A DNA stretch of 64,000 nucleotides from Pseudomonadota bacterium (GTDB lineage Bacteria > Pseudomonadota > Gammaproteobacteria > Burkholderiales > Burkholderiaceae_E). The first letter of the stretch is position 1. Each line of letters begins with the position of its first letter. Under the pieces are notes generated by a model. The model worked only from the letters and a program-made list of their open reading frames with translations, was not told the DNA's origin and did no database searches. Positions 11,192-21,103 of this stretch are shown piece by piece. The stretch covers positions 11,361 to 75,360 of the forward strand of contig JAEWFA010000013.1 in assembly GCA_023389055.1 (NCBI GenBank), read 5' to 3'. The position numbers were made by a program, and so were the translations under genes.

Positions 11192-13438
11192 ATGGCGTCG
11201 GCTCCCGTCACGGCGGCTCTCGAGATCGGCGCGATCGAAGTACTCGAGAGCGTCTCGGACGGCTTTCTCGCCTGCGATACCGAGTTCCGCTTCGTCTACG
11301 TGAACGGATCGGCCGAGCGCCAGCTTGCCCGCTCCCGCGACGAGTTGCTCGGGCAACGCCTCTACGACGTCTACCCCGAGCTCGCCGCACCGGGCGGTCT
11401 CGACGCGGCCACGTTGCGCGATGCCGCGCAGACCGGCCGGTCGATCGAGCGAGAGTATTTCAGCACCTCGGCCGGACGCTGGTTTCGGGGTTCGGTGCAC
11501 CCGAAGGCCTGGGGATGGGCACTGTACTTCCACGACGTCACGCGAGGACGCCTCACGCGCAAGGCGCTCGGCGAGAGCGAGCGGCAGTACCACACGCTGA
11601 TCGATTCGATCGACCAGGGCTATTGCGTGATCGAGATGCTTTTCGACGAGCGCGACACGCCGGTCGACTTCCGCTACCTCGAGGTCAACGAGGCCTTCGC
11701 TTCGCAGACCGGCCTCGCGGATGCGGTCGGTCACAGGGCGCGCGAGCTGACTCCGCAGATCGATCCGTACTGGCTGGAGAGCTACGGCCGCGTTGCGCGC
11801 ACGGGCGAGTCGGCGAGCCTCGAGCACTATTCGTCGGCGCTCGTCCGCTGGTTCGACGTCTACGCCTTCCGCCCCGATCATCGGTCGACGAACCGGGTCG
11901 CGCTGCTGTTTCGCGACGTCACGGCGCGCCGGCAGATCGACGACGCGTTGCGCGACAGCGAGGAACGCTTTCGGGTGCTCGTCGAGGCGATGGCGCAGGC
12001 GGTCTGGGAAGCCGATGCTGCCGGGGAAGTGCAGTCGTACTCCGCGTCGTGGCATGCGCTCACCGGGCAGCGGATCACCCAGTGGCGCAACGAAGGCTGG
12101 TTCGATGCGGTGCATCCCGACGACCGCGAAGCGACGCGTCGGCAATGGTTCGACGGAATCGCGCGGCACGCGCCCTTCGAACTCGAATACCGCATCGTCG
12201 CGGCCGACGGCAGCGTGCACTGGAGCAATGACCACGCGGCGCCGCTGCTCGGCAGCGACGGGACGGTGCGCAAGTGGGTCGGCATGAACGTCGACATCAC
12301 CGAACGGCGCAGCGCCGAGGAAGCGCTGCGGGACGCCGATCGGCGCAAGGACGAATTCCTGGCGATTCTCGCGCACGAGCTTCGCAACCCGCTTGCGCCG
12401 CTGCGCACCGGGATCGAGATCATGCGCATGGGACGGATCGACCCCGAACGCGGCGAGCGCGTGCGCGAGATGATGGGCCGGCAGGTCGACCACATGGTCG
12501 CCCTCGTGGACGACCTTATGGACGTCAGTCGCATCAGCAGCGGTCGCATCGAGCTCGATCGCCATCCGGTCGAGCTCGCCACCGTCATCCGCAGCGCGCT
12601 GGAGGCGTCGGACCCGATCATCCGCACCAAGCGACACGAAGTGAGCCTCACGCTGCCGGCCGAGGCAGTGTGGGTGGACGGAGACCTGCACCGGCTCACG
12701 CAGGCGATCGGCAACCTGCTCACCAACGCCGCGAAGTATACGGAACCCAACGGCCACATCTTCGTCACGCTCGCGCGCAACGATGGCGCGGCGTTCGTGC
12801 ACGTGAAGGACACCGGCGTCGGCATCCCGCCGGCGATGCTCGAGAAGGTATTCGACCTGTTCGCGCAGGTCGACAGCGCGATCGACCGCCGCCAGGGCGG
12901 GCTGGGCATCGGGTTGACGATCGTGCGCCAGCTCGTGGAGCTGCACGGCGGGCACGTCGAGGCGCACAGCGAAGGCCCCGGCCGCGGCAGCGAGTTCGTC
13001 ATGAGCCTGCCGCTGTCCGCGACGCCGCAGCGCGAGCTCGACGCGCCGCTGCTGACCGAGGCAGGCGTTCGTTCGCGCCGCATGCTGGTCGTCGACGACA
13101 ACGCCGACGCGGCGCAGGCGATGGCGACGATGCTCGGACTGCTCGGCCACGTGGTCGACGTCGCTTACGATGGACAGCAGGCGTTGCGACTGGCCGAGCG
13201 GGTACGGCCCGAGGTCATCCTGATGGACCTCGGCATGCCCGGCATGAACGGATACGTCGCCGCGCAGCGCATTCGCGAAACCGACTGGGGCCGTGACGTG
13301 CTGATGATCGCGGTCACCGGCTGGGGCCAGCAGGCCGACCGGGTGGCCTCCGAGCAGGCCGGCTTCGACCATCACCTGGTCAAGCCGGTCGAGCTCGATA
13401 CGGTCCAGTCGCTCGTGGCGCAGCTCGATTCGCGCTGA
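11192..13438 (+). CDS. Cytoplasmic hybrid sensor histidine kinase (multiple PAS, HisKA, HATPase, REC)
   Basis: FLAILAHELRNPL, NLLTNAAKY, DTGVG, GGLGIGL, receiver VVDDN/DLGMPGMNG; no TM segment seen. Confidence 0.93.
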   Translation: MASAPVTAALEIGAIEVLESVSDGFLACDTEFRFVYVNGSAERQLARSRDELLGQRLYDVYPELAAPGGLDAATLRDAAQTGRSIEREYFSTSAGRWFRGSVHPKAWGWALYFHDVTRGRLTRKALGESERQYHTLIDSIDQGYCVIEMLFDERDTPVDFRYLEVNEAFASQTGLADAVGHRARELTPQIDPYWLESYGRVARTGESASLEHYSSALVRWFDVYAFRPDHRSTNRVALLFRDVTARRQIDDALRDSEERFRVLVEAMAQAVWEADAAGEVQSYSASWHALTGQRITQWRNEGWFDAVHPDDREATRRQWFDGIARHAPFELEYRIVAADGSVHWSNDHAAPLLGSDGTVRKWVGMNVDITERRSAEEALRDADRRKDEFLAILAHELRNPLAPLRTGIEIMRMGRIDPERGERVREMMGRQVDHMVALVDDLMDVSRISSGRIELDRHPVELATVIRSALEASDPIIRTKRHEVSLTLPAEAVWVDGDLHRLTQAIGNLLTNAAKYTEPNGHIFVTLARNDGAAFVHVKDTGVGIPPAMLEKVFDLFAQVDSAIDRRQGGLGIGLTIVRQLVELHGGHVEAHSEGPGRGSEFVMSLPLSATPQRELDAPLLTEAGVRSRRMLVVDDNADAAQAMATMLGLLGHVVDVAYDGQQALRLAERVRPEVILMDLGMPGMNGYVAAQRIRETDWGRDVLMIAVTGWGQQADRVASEQAGFDHHLVKPVELDTVQSLVAQLDSR

Positions 13439-13546
13439 CTGCGCCGCGCGCGCGCAACGTTCCATCCCCCGCGATCCGGCACGACCCCTATTCGCGCGGC
13501 AGGTTCGGCGCGTTAAGCTCGCGCATCGCTCGACGAGGAGACTCCC

Positions 13547-14770
13547 ATGATCGCAATGCGCCGAACCGTTCTCGCCACTGCAGTCGCCGCCGCCGCTTCG
13601 CTCGCCACCGCCGGCGCCTTGGCCCAAAGCAAGCCGATCCGCATCGGCGTCATGAACGACCAGTCGAGTGTCTACGCCGACTTCCAGGGGCCGGGCTCCG
13701 TGCTGGCCGCGAAGATGGCGGTCGAGGACTACGGCGGCAAGGCGGCCGGCCGCACGATCGAGGTCGTGTCGGCCGACCACCAGAACAAGCCCGACGTCGG
13801 CAGCGCGATCGCGCGCCGCTGGATCGACGAGGATGGCGTGAACATGATCGCCGACCTGCCGAATTCGGCGGTGGCCTTCGCCGTCAGCGACGTCGTTCGC
13901 GACAAGAACAAGGTGATGATCGGCTCGGGGGCAGGCTCGGCCGAGCTCACCGGCTCGAAGTGCTCCCCGAACACCGTGCACTGGACCTATGACACCTGGT
14001 CGTACGGGCATTCGCTGGCCAAGGCGGTGATGCAGCGCGGCGGCAAGAACTGGTTCTTCGTCACCGCCGATTACGCGTTCGGGCACGACCTCGAGAAGCA
14101 GGCCTCCGAAGAGGTGAGGGCGGGCGGCGGCAAGGTGCTCGGCGCCGTGCGCGCGCCGATCGGCACGATGGATTACTCGTCTTTCCTGATCAGCGCGCAG
14201 TCGTCGGGCGCCGACGTCGTCGGCCTGGCGGTTGCCGGCGGCGACACGACGACGTCGATGAAACAGGCCGCCGAATTCGGCCTGCCGGCGAAGCAGACGA
14301 TCGCACCGCTGATCTTCGGCATCAACAACGTTCCGGCGCTCGGCCTTGCCGCCGCCAAGGGCGCGTTGCTGGTGAACCCGTTCTACTGGGACATGAACGA
14401 CGACACGCGCAAGTGGTCGCGCGAGTTCAGGAAGCGCGCGCACAACCACGCGATGCCCAACGACATGCAGGCGGGCGTCTACGCCGGCGTGCTCCATTAC
14501 CTGAAGGCGGTCGACAAGGTCGGCAACGCCGAGGATGGCAAGGCGATCGTCGCGGCGATGAAGGCGATGCCCACCGACGATCCGCTGTTCGGCAAGGGTC
14601 GCATCCGCGAGGACGGGCGCAAGCTGCATCCGATGTATCTTCTGCAGGTGAAGTCGCCCGACGAATCGAAGGAGGAATGGGACTACTTCAAGACGCTCGC
14701 CTCGGTGCCGGCCGACCAGGCCTTCCGACCGATGAGCGAAGGGAAGTGTTCGCTGGTTGCCAACAAGTGA
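13547..14770 (+). CDS. ABC transporter substrate-binding protein, LivJ/Peripla_BP_6 family
   Basis: Signal peptide, ADHQNKPD, HWTYDT, WFFVTADYAFGH; RBS GAGGAG. Confidence 0.9.
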   Translation: MIAMRRTVLATAVAAAASLATAGALAQSKPIRIGVMNDQSSVYADFQGPGSVLAAKMAVEDYGGKAAGRTIEVVSADHQNKPDVGSAIARRWIDEDGVNMIADLPNSAVAFAVSDVVRDKNKVMIGSGAGSAELTGSKCSPNTVHWTYDTWSYGHSLAKAVMQRGGKNWFFVTADYAFGHDLEKQASEEVRAGGGKVLGAVRAPIGTMDYSSFLISAQSSGADVVGLAVAGGDTTTSMKQAAEFGLPAKQTIAPLIFGINNVPALGLAAAKGALLVNPFYWDMNDDTRKWSREFRKRAHNHAMPNDMQAGVYAGVLHYLKAVDKVGNAEDGKAIVAAMKAMPTDDPLFGKGRIREDGRKLHPMYLLQVKSPDESKEEWDYFKTLASVPADQAFRPMSEGKCSLVANK

Positions 14771-14807
14771 GGTCGCAAGACCCGATCCCGTCAGGAGGAG
14801 ACATCCG

Positions 14808-15872
14808 ATGCAACCGTATCGCCAGAGTGCCCGCGCAAGTCGACTGAACGGCTGTGTCGCGGCGTTCGCCGCTGCCGCAGTGCTCGTCGCAACCGCCCCC
14901 GCGCTGCACGCGCAGGAGCAGACCTTCGACCTGAAGATCTCCCACTGGGTGCCGCCGTCGCATCCGCTGCAGAAGGCGCTCGAGGATTGGGGCGCCTCGG
15001 TGGAGAAGGCCTCGAACGGGACGATCCGTTCCAAGGTCTATCCGTCGCAACAGCTCGGCAAGGCCTTCGACCACTACGACATGGCGCGCGACGGAATCGC
15101 CGACATGACCTACGTCAATCCCGGCTACCAGCCGGGGCGCTTTCCGATCATCGGCGCCGGCGAGCTGCCGTTCCTGCTCTCGAACGCGAAGGGCGGCACG
15201 CAGGCGATCGACGAGTGGTATCGCAAGTACGCCGAGCGCGAGATGAAGGACGTGAAATTCTGCTTCGCCTTCGTGCACGACCCGGGCAGCTTCCATTCGC
15301 GCAACAAGAAGATCATGGCACCCGAGGACGTTTCCGGGATGAAGATCCGCCCCGCGCACGCGACGATGGCCACTTTCGTGACGATGCTCGGCGGCACCAA
15401 CGTGCAGGCGTCGGCGCCCGAGGTGCGCGACGTCATCGAGAAAGGCGTTGCCGATGCGGTCACGTTCCCGTGGGGCTCGGTGATCCTGTTCGGCATCGAC
15501 AAGGTCACGAAGTACCACATGAACGCGCCGCTGTACGCGACCACCTTCGCGATGGTCTTCAACAAGTCCAAGTACAACCGGATGTCGGCTGCGCAGAAGA
15601 AGGTGATCGACGACCACTGCACGAACGAATGGGCCGTGCGCGTCGCGTCGCCCTGGGCCGACTTCGAGCACGGCGGCATCGCCAAGCTCGCCGCCGAGGA
15701 GGGTCACGAGGTCTACAAGATCTCGCCCGAGCAGACGGCAGCCTGGAAGAAGGCCGCGCAGCCGCTGCACAAGACCTGGGCCGAAAGCGTGCGCAAGGTC
15801 GGCGTCGATCCCGACGCGGCGATGAAGGAGTTCGAGGCGCTGCTCGAGAAATACGGCGCAGCGGCCCAGTGA
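14808..15872 (+). CDS. TRAP transporter substrate-binding protein DctP family
   Basis: LKISHWVPPSHP, YPSQQLG, PGYQPGRFP, GMKIR; RBS AGGAGGAG. Confidence 0.9.
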   Translation: MQPYRQSARASRLNGCVAAFAAAAVLVATAPALHAQEQTFDLKISHWVPPSHPLQKALEDWGASVEKASNGTIRSKVYPSQQLGKAFDHYDMARDGIADMTYVNPGYQPGRFPIIGAGELPFLLSNAKGGTQAIDEWYRKYAEREMKDVKFCFAFVHDPGSFHSRNKKIMAPEDVSGMKIRPAHATMATFVTMLGGTNVQASAPEVRDVIEKGVADAVTFPWGSVILFGIDKVTKYHMNAPLYATTFAMVFNKSKYNRMSAAQKKVIDDHCTNEWAVRVASPWADFEHGGIAKLAAEEGHEVYKISPEQTAAWKKAAQPLHKTWAESVRKVGVDPDAAMKEFEALLEKYGAAAQ

Positions 15873-16450
15873 GTCGCGGCGCAGGTTCGCCGCCCGAGGA
15901 AGGCGCCGCTTCGCCGAGCGCGGGCGGCGCCGTCGTCGCGCACCCGGGGCTCGACCGGCTCATCCACGCGATCGAGGTGACGGCGGCGTGGTTCCTCGCC
16001 GTCGTGACGGCGCTCACCTTCGTGTCGGTGATCCTGCGCTATTTCTTCGCCTGGCAGATTCCGGACACCTACGACTTCAGCCGGTTGCTGCTCGCCATCC
16101 TGATCTTCTGGGGCATGGCGGGCACCGGCTACCGCGGCGAGCACATCACGGTCGACCTGATCTGGGGGGCGCTGGGGCCGCGCTGGCAACGGGCGGTTGA
16201 CGTCTTCGCCACCGTCCTGACGCTCGTCGCGATGACCGCGTTCGCGATCATGATGGGCAGCAAGGTGCTCGACACGCGCGCCGAGAACGTGCTCACCTTC
16301 GACCTTCGCCAGCCGGTCTGGATCTACTACGCGCTCGCGTGGATCGGCCTGGCCGCCGCGGTGCTGCTGCTGCTGATCCGGCTGTATCGCCTGTTGCTGC
16401 ATCCGCTTGCGCTCGAAATCGGGGCGCGTTCCTCCGTCACCACCGAATGA
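15869..16450 (+). CDS. TRAP transporter small permease (DctQ)
   Basis: Four hydrophobic helices, VILRY, GEHITVDL; GTGA overlap with dctP, start uncertain. Confidence 0.85.
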   Translation: MSRGAGSPPEEGAASPSAGGAVVAHPGLDRLIHAIEVTAAWFLAVVTALTFVSVILRYFFAWQIPDTYDFSRLLLAILIFWGMAGTGYRGEHITVDLIWGALGPRWQRAVDVFATVLTLVAMTAFAIMMGSKVLDTRAENVLTFDLRQPVWIYYALAWIGLAAAVLLLLIRLYRLLLHPLALEIGARSSVTTE

Positions 16451-16454
16451 TTCG

Positions 16455-17756
16455 ATGAACGAGCACGCGGTAGCCGTCACCGGCTTCGTCGTTCTTTTCG
16501 TGCTGATGCTGCTGCGGGTGCCCGTGGGCATCGCGATGGGCCTGGTGGGCATCGTCGGTTTCGGCTACCTGAACCAGGATTGGGCCTCGGCGATGAGCCT
16601 GCTGGCGCAATCGCCGATCCGCACGGTGGCCGACGTGCAGTTCGCCGTGATCCCGCTGTTCCTGCTGATGGGCGCCTTCGCGTCGGCCAGCGGGATGAGC
16701 CGCGAACTGTTCCGCGCCTCCAACGCCTTCGTCGGACACTTCAAGGGCGGCCTGGGGATCGCGACGATCGCCGCCTGCGGCGGCTTCGCGGCCATTTGCG
16801 GCTCTTCGGTGGCAACGGCGGCGACGTTCTCGTCGGTGGCCTATCCGGAGATGCGCCGCTACGGCTATCCGCAGAGCTTCTCCACGGGCGTCATCGCCGC
16901 CGGCGGGTCGCTCGGCATCATGATCCCGCCGTCGACGGTGCTCGCCGTCTACGGGCTGATCACCGAGCAGGACATCGGCAAGCTGTTCATCGCGGGCATC
17001 CTGCCCGGGATCCTCGCCGTCTCGATGTACGTCTTCACGATCAACCTGATCGGCATGGTGCGCCCGGGGTTCCTGCCCGCGGGAGAGCGACACACGATGG
17101 CGCAACGGCTCGCGTCGCTGCGCGACATCTGGGCGGTCGCGCTGCTGTTCTTGTTCATCATCGGCGGGCTGTACGGGGGGCTGTTCACCGCCACCGAGGC
17201 CGGAGGGATGGGCGCCGCAGGCGCGTTCATCATCGGCGTGCTGCGGCGCAAGCTCTCGCGCGAGCAGTTCATGCAATGCCTGATCGAGTCGTTGCGAACG
17301 ACGGCGGCCGTGTTCACGATCCTGATCGGCGCGCTGCTGTTCGGCTACTTCCTCACCATCACGCAGACGCCGCAGGCGCTCACCTCGTGGCTCACCGGGC
17401 TGGGCTTCGGCCGCTACGAAGTCCTCGCGCTGATCCTGCTGATGTACCTGCTGCTCGGCTGCATCATGGACGCGATGGCGATGATCATCCTCACCGTGCC
17501 GATCGTGTTCCCGCTGATCATGCAGCTCGGCTTCGACCCGATCTGGTTCGGCGTCATCATCGTCGTCACCGTCGAGCTGGGGCTCATCCATCCTCCGGTG
17601 GGGATGAACGTGTTCGTCATCAAGAGCGTCGTGCGCGACGTGAAGCTGTCGACGATCTTCCTCGGCGTGGCGCCCTTCGTCGTCACCGACATCGTCAGGC
17701 TCGTCGTGCTGGTGGCGTTCCCCGTGATTGCGACCTTCCTGCCGGCTCACATGTGA
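16455..17756 (+). CDS. TRAP transporter large permease (DctM)
   Basis: IPLFLLMG, AICGSSVATAA, LGIMIPPS, FDPIWFGV, HPPVGMNVFV. Confidence 0.93.
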   Translation: MNEHAVAVTGFVVLFVLMLLRVPVGIAMGLVGIVGFGYLNQDWASAMSLLAQSPIRTVADVQFAVIPLFLLMGAFASASGMSRELFRASNAFVGHFKGGLGIATIAACGGFAAICGSSVATAATFSSVAYPEMRRYGYPQSFSTGVIAAGGSLGIMIPPSTVLAVYGLITEQDIGKLFIAGILPGILAVSMYVFTINLIGMVRPGFLPAGERHTMAQRLASLRDIWAVALLFLFIIGGLYGGLFTATEAGGMGAAGAFIIGVLRRKLSREQFMQCLIESLRTTAAVFTILIGALLFGYFLTITQTPQALTSWLTGLGFGRYEVLALILLMYLLLGCIMDAMAMIILTVPIVFPLIMQLGFDPIWFGVIIVVTVELGLIHPPVGMNVFVIKSVVRDVKLSTIFLGVAPFVVTDIVRLVVLVAFPVIATFLPAHM

Positions 17757-17772
17757 GGGCCTGAACGCCGGC

Positions 17773-20700
17773 CTAGCGCGCCGACAGTTGCGTGACGAGC
17801 TGCTGCAACGCGCTCAGCGTCGACTGCAGCAGCAGCGCGTCGCCTTGCGGACCGTTCGGCCTTTGTACGATGGCGGGGGGCTCCGAGCGAACGGGTATCG
17901 GTTGGACGGCCTGCGGCGCGCCCACTGCCTCGGGCAGCGGCTGCAAGAGTCCGCGGCCCAAGGCCTCGCGCGTGCAGTCGAGCAGCGGGTGCTGTCGCGC
18001 GTCGGCGCCGAAGGCGTCGGTGACCCGTTGCGCGAACTGCTCGTTCGTCATCGCGTCGATTTCGTCGGCGAGCACGCGCGTGGCGCGCAGCGTGAATTCG
18101 CCGTGCCCGTCGCTCTCCCACGCGACCTCGCTGTCGAGGCAGGCGGAGAACTTCACGTCGCGCATTCGGCTTCGACCGCCGGTGCCTGCCGGCGCGACGG
18201 AGCGCGCCACGAATCGCGACTGTTGTCGAAAGCGCCGATGCGCATCGATCAGTTCGGCCGTTGGAACGACGAAGCGCTTGCGTTCGTCCCCGGACGCGCG
18301 TGTTCGCGCGTCGGGGGCGCCCACGGCAAAGCGCGAGTTCGTTCCCGAATGGCAGCAGTCCATGAAGCAGGTCAGGTTCACGCCGTCGGGGAGCTGCTCG
18401 AGCACGCGGGCGATGTCGTCGTCGATGTACAGGGCGCCGGTGGCGAAGTCGAAGGGGCAGATCGCCTCGTCCTCGCGATCGTCCTCGTCGTTGTCCAGGT
18501 CGGGCAGGTGCGTGCCGTGTCCCGAATACTGCAAGACGATGACGTCGCCCGCGCGACTGTCCGCGACCAGCCGCCGAAGCTCGCGGTCGATCGCCTCGCG
18601 CGTCGCCTCGGCATCGACAAGCAAGGCCGTCCCGAACCCCACGCGCTCGAGCGCGGCGGACCACATTCGCGCGTCGGCCACGCATCCGGCCAGGCGATGC
18701 TTCGGATTCGGATAGGCGTCGATGCCGATGCACAGCGCTGTGCGCCGCGTGTTCGCGGCGGCAACGGGTGAAGGCGGGAGGTTGGACGAGAGGGGCGGCG
18801 GGACCGGTCCGTTCGGTGCGGCCACGATCGGCTCCGCGGCCGCGAGTGGGGCCGGCATCGCGGCGGGCGCCCCTGACAGCGCGTCCGGCGCGGCCGCCTG
18901 CGACGGCTGCGGCTGCGGCACCGCGGGTTGCGCCGCCGCGGGTTGCGCCGCGGCGGGCGGCTCCCAGGTCGACGTGGCGACCGACGGCCACTCGTACAGC
19001 GCGCTCGACGGCCAGTCGATCTCGTCGATCCACGAGCGAGGCACGGGCAGCTGGCGCGCGACGCTGGCGTAGTCGACGATCGCGTCCGCATCCGAGCGTC
19101 CCAGCACGCGGCGCGCAACGCTGTTCATCGTCGGTACGTCGTCGTCGAAGGCGGCGTGCGCGCGCGCGGTGCTCGCCGAGGCGCCGCTGTCGCTCTCGCT
19201 CACCGACCAGACGACGTTGCCCGTCGCGGACGGCAGGTCGCCCAGTCCGAACAGGTCCTTCATCTGTGCATCGGCGCGCAGGCTCTCTTCCAGGCCGAGG
19301 ATCGGTGCGCCGCGTTCGCGCTCGAGCGCGTTCGACACCAGATACAGCAGCGACTTGTGGTAGATGCCCGCGCAGTCGTCGTCGCGCTCGTAGTCGCGCT
19401 GCATCGTGAACAGCGTGACGCGGCGCACGGCGCCGTCGTCGCCGATGCGCGCCGCGAGCCGGTCGCGGAAGGTCTCGATGTGCACCGCCGGCGCGAGGAA
19501 CAATGCCGATTCGAAGGTCGGCACGCCGAGTTCGTGCGCGCAGGCGAGGAAATGCGAATGGAAAATCGACCCGGCGCTGTGTCCGGCGGCGTGCAGGTCG
19601 ACGTCGCCCGGATGCGCGTCGCAGAAGGCCTTCAGTTTCGCGGCGACGTAGCGCGCGCCGCCGCCGACCGGGTCGCCGGCTCCCGGTTCGTCGACTGCGT
19701 GCTCGGCGCTCGCCTTCATTCCCGCCCAGATCCGCGCGCCCTGCAGCGCGCGTGCGCCGACTTCGATCAGCGGATCGAGGGTGTGGTCCCAGAAATCGCG
19801 CGGGATGCCGCGCATCGCTCCCTGCTGTGCGCGCGTGAGCAGTTGCGCGATCGTCTCGAGAAGCCCCGTTTCCCAGACGAAGTGGATCGGATAGACGTCG
19901 TTTCGTTTCCACCAGTTGACCTGTCGGGCGGCGATCTGCAGGCCGCTCGACTCCGAGACGAGTCCGCCGTGCGCGTAGAACAGCAACCGCAGCCTGCGGT
20001 CCTGCGCCTTCGCCGACGCCAGCGCGCGCGGCAACGACTGCTCGAAGATCGTATCGACATCGGCGGGCGTCGTCGAAATCTCGCCGCGCGCGGCGAACCG
20101 CCCGAGGCGCAGGTGGACCAAATGCGGGCGCAGCGAGGCGAGCAGCGCCGCGTCGATCGGCGCGCCGCGCGATCGGTCGGCCTGCACCCGGCCGGCGTCG
20201 GCGCCCACCGGCGCGACGCCGGGGACGCGGCGTTCGTCCAGCCCCGAGCCTTCGTCGTCCGACAACTCCGCGTCGCCCGGCTCGGGCGGGCCGGGGGGCG
20301 ATCGTCGCAGCGCGTCGATCGCTTCGCGCACGACGCGATCGGACTCGTCCGGGAACGGGCCGCGCGGCTCCGGCGCGCGCGCCGTCGCCCGACCGCGCGT
20401 GGCCGACAGATGCTCGACCTCGGCCAGGATCTGCGCGAAGTCCAGCGACGTGCCCGGACAGGTCTTCGTCGACATCGCGTTGTGAAAGACCAGCGAATCG
20501 ACCGGCAGCCCGAACTTCGCCTGCACCTGCGCAACGACCTCGAGCGCCGTCTCTCGCTGCGCGCCATCGAAGGCGTCGCAGCCGCGGTCGAAGTTGCCGA
20601 TCATCTCGAACATGAACGGCCCGAATTGCGCGTTGCCGTTGTGCCCGGAAGCGCTCACCGGCGGCAGGTTCCAGTTGCGACCGAGCCAGACCCAGCCTTC

Positions 20701-20919
20701 CGGATCGATCGTCAGGTGCTGCGCGATGTCGCGCCAGCCTTTCTCCTGCGTGTGGAAGCGCCACATCGCGACGATCGTCTCGTGGCCGCGGAAGTCGCTG
20801 CGCTGCGGCCGCCACGTGTGGTGCATGTGCACCGCGTTGACGCGTCGCGTGAACGGGAAGCGCGCGAGCAACTGCGAGAACTGCGCGAGCGACAGGCGCT
20901 TGAACACGGGCGTCGGCAT
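17773..20919 (-). CDS. Multidomain protein: Amidase_2-like N-acetylmuramoyl-L-alanine amidase + alpha/beta-hydrolase + Pro/Ala linker + peptidase C14 metacaspase
   Basis: HMHHTW/FEMIGNFD/FHNAM/KTCPG; YAHGGL/GHSAG/HAAFDDD; ALCIGIDAYP/YSGHG/DCCHSG; RBS GAGGAG upstream of ATG. Confidence 0.85.
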   Translation of the reverse strand: MPTPVFKRLSLAQFSQLLARFPFTRRVNAVHMHHTWRPQRSDFRGHETIVAMWRFHTQEKGWRDIAQHLTIDPEGWVWLGRNWNLPPVSASGHNGNAQFGPFMFEMIGNFDRGCDAFDGAQRETALEVVAQVQAKFGLPVDSLVFHNAMSTKTCPGTSLDFAQILAEVEHLSATRGRATARAPEPRGPFPDESDRVVREAIDALRRSPPGPPEPGDAELSDDEGSGLDERRVPGVAPVGADAGRVQADRSRGAPIDAALLASLRPHLVHLRLGRFAARGEISTTPADVDTIFEQSLPRALASAKAQDRRLRLLFYAHGGLVSESSGLQIAARQVNWWKRNDVYPIHFVWETGLLETIAQLLTRAQQGAMRGIPRDFWDHTLDPLIEVGARALQGARIWAGMKASAEHAVDEPGAGDPVGGGARYVAAKLKAFCDAHPGDVDLHAAGHSAGSIFHSHFLACAHELGVPTFESALFLAPAVHIETFRDRLAARIGDDGAVRRVTLFTMQRDYERDDDCAGIYHKSLLYLVSNALERERGAPILGLEESLRADAQMKDLFGLGDLPSATGNVVWSVSESDSGASASTARAHAAFDDDVPTMNSVARRVLGRSDADAIVDYASVARQLPVPRSWIDEIDWPSSALYEWPSVATSTWEPPAAAQPAAAQPAVPQPQPSQAAAPDALSGAPAAMPAPLAAAEPIVAAPNGPVPPPLSSNLPPSPVAAANTRRTALCIGIDAYPNPKHRLAGCVADARMWSAALERVGFGTALLVDAEATREAIDRELRRLVADSRAGDVIVLQYSGHGTHLPDLDNDEDDREDEAICPFDFATGALYIDDDIARVLEQLPDGVNLTCFMDCCHSGTNSRFAVGAPDARTRASGDERKRFVVPTAELIDAHRRFRQQSRFVARSVAPAGTGGRSRMRDVKFSACLDSEVAWESDGHGEFTLRATRVLADEIDAMTNEQFAQRVTDAFGADARQHPLLDCTREALGRGLLQPLPEAVGAPQAVQPIPVRSEPPAIVQRPNGPQGDALLLQSTLSALQQLVTQLSAR

Positions 20920-21103
20920 GATCGTCTCCTCGTCCAGACGGCCGGTTGTCCCGCGGTACTGCAGGTTGCTCGCCCAGAATGACGCGGGCGTCGTTCCGGA
21001 TGCTGAAACCGGACGACGCCTGCATCATAGAGGCGCTCGGAAAGGGAATGACGATGGGGTATGCGATCCACAGGGGCATTGGCCGGCGCATGCGGGTCGA
21101 TCG

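Noticed and set aside
10973..15034. 1353-aa minus-strand ORF and many similar long overlapping ORFs (e.g. 17747-21850, 8044-10836, 26510-28894)
   Set aside because: Shadow frames of real genes in high-GC DNA; Arg/Ala/Pro-rich with no recognisable motifs.
18900..18960. 15-nt tandem repeat (PAAAQ units) in the caspase fusion
   Set aside because: In-frame low-complexity linker, not an independent element.
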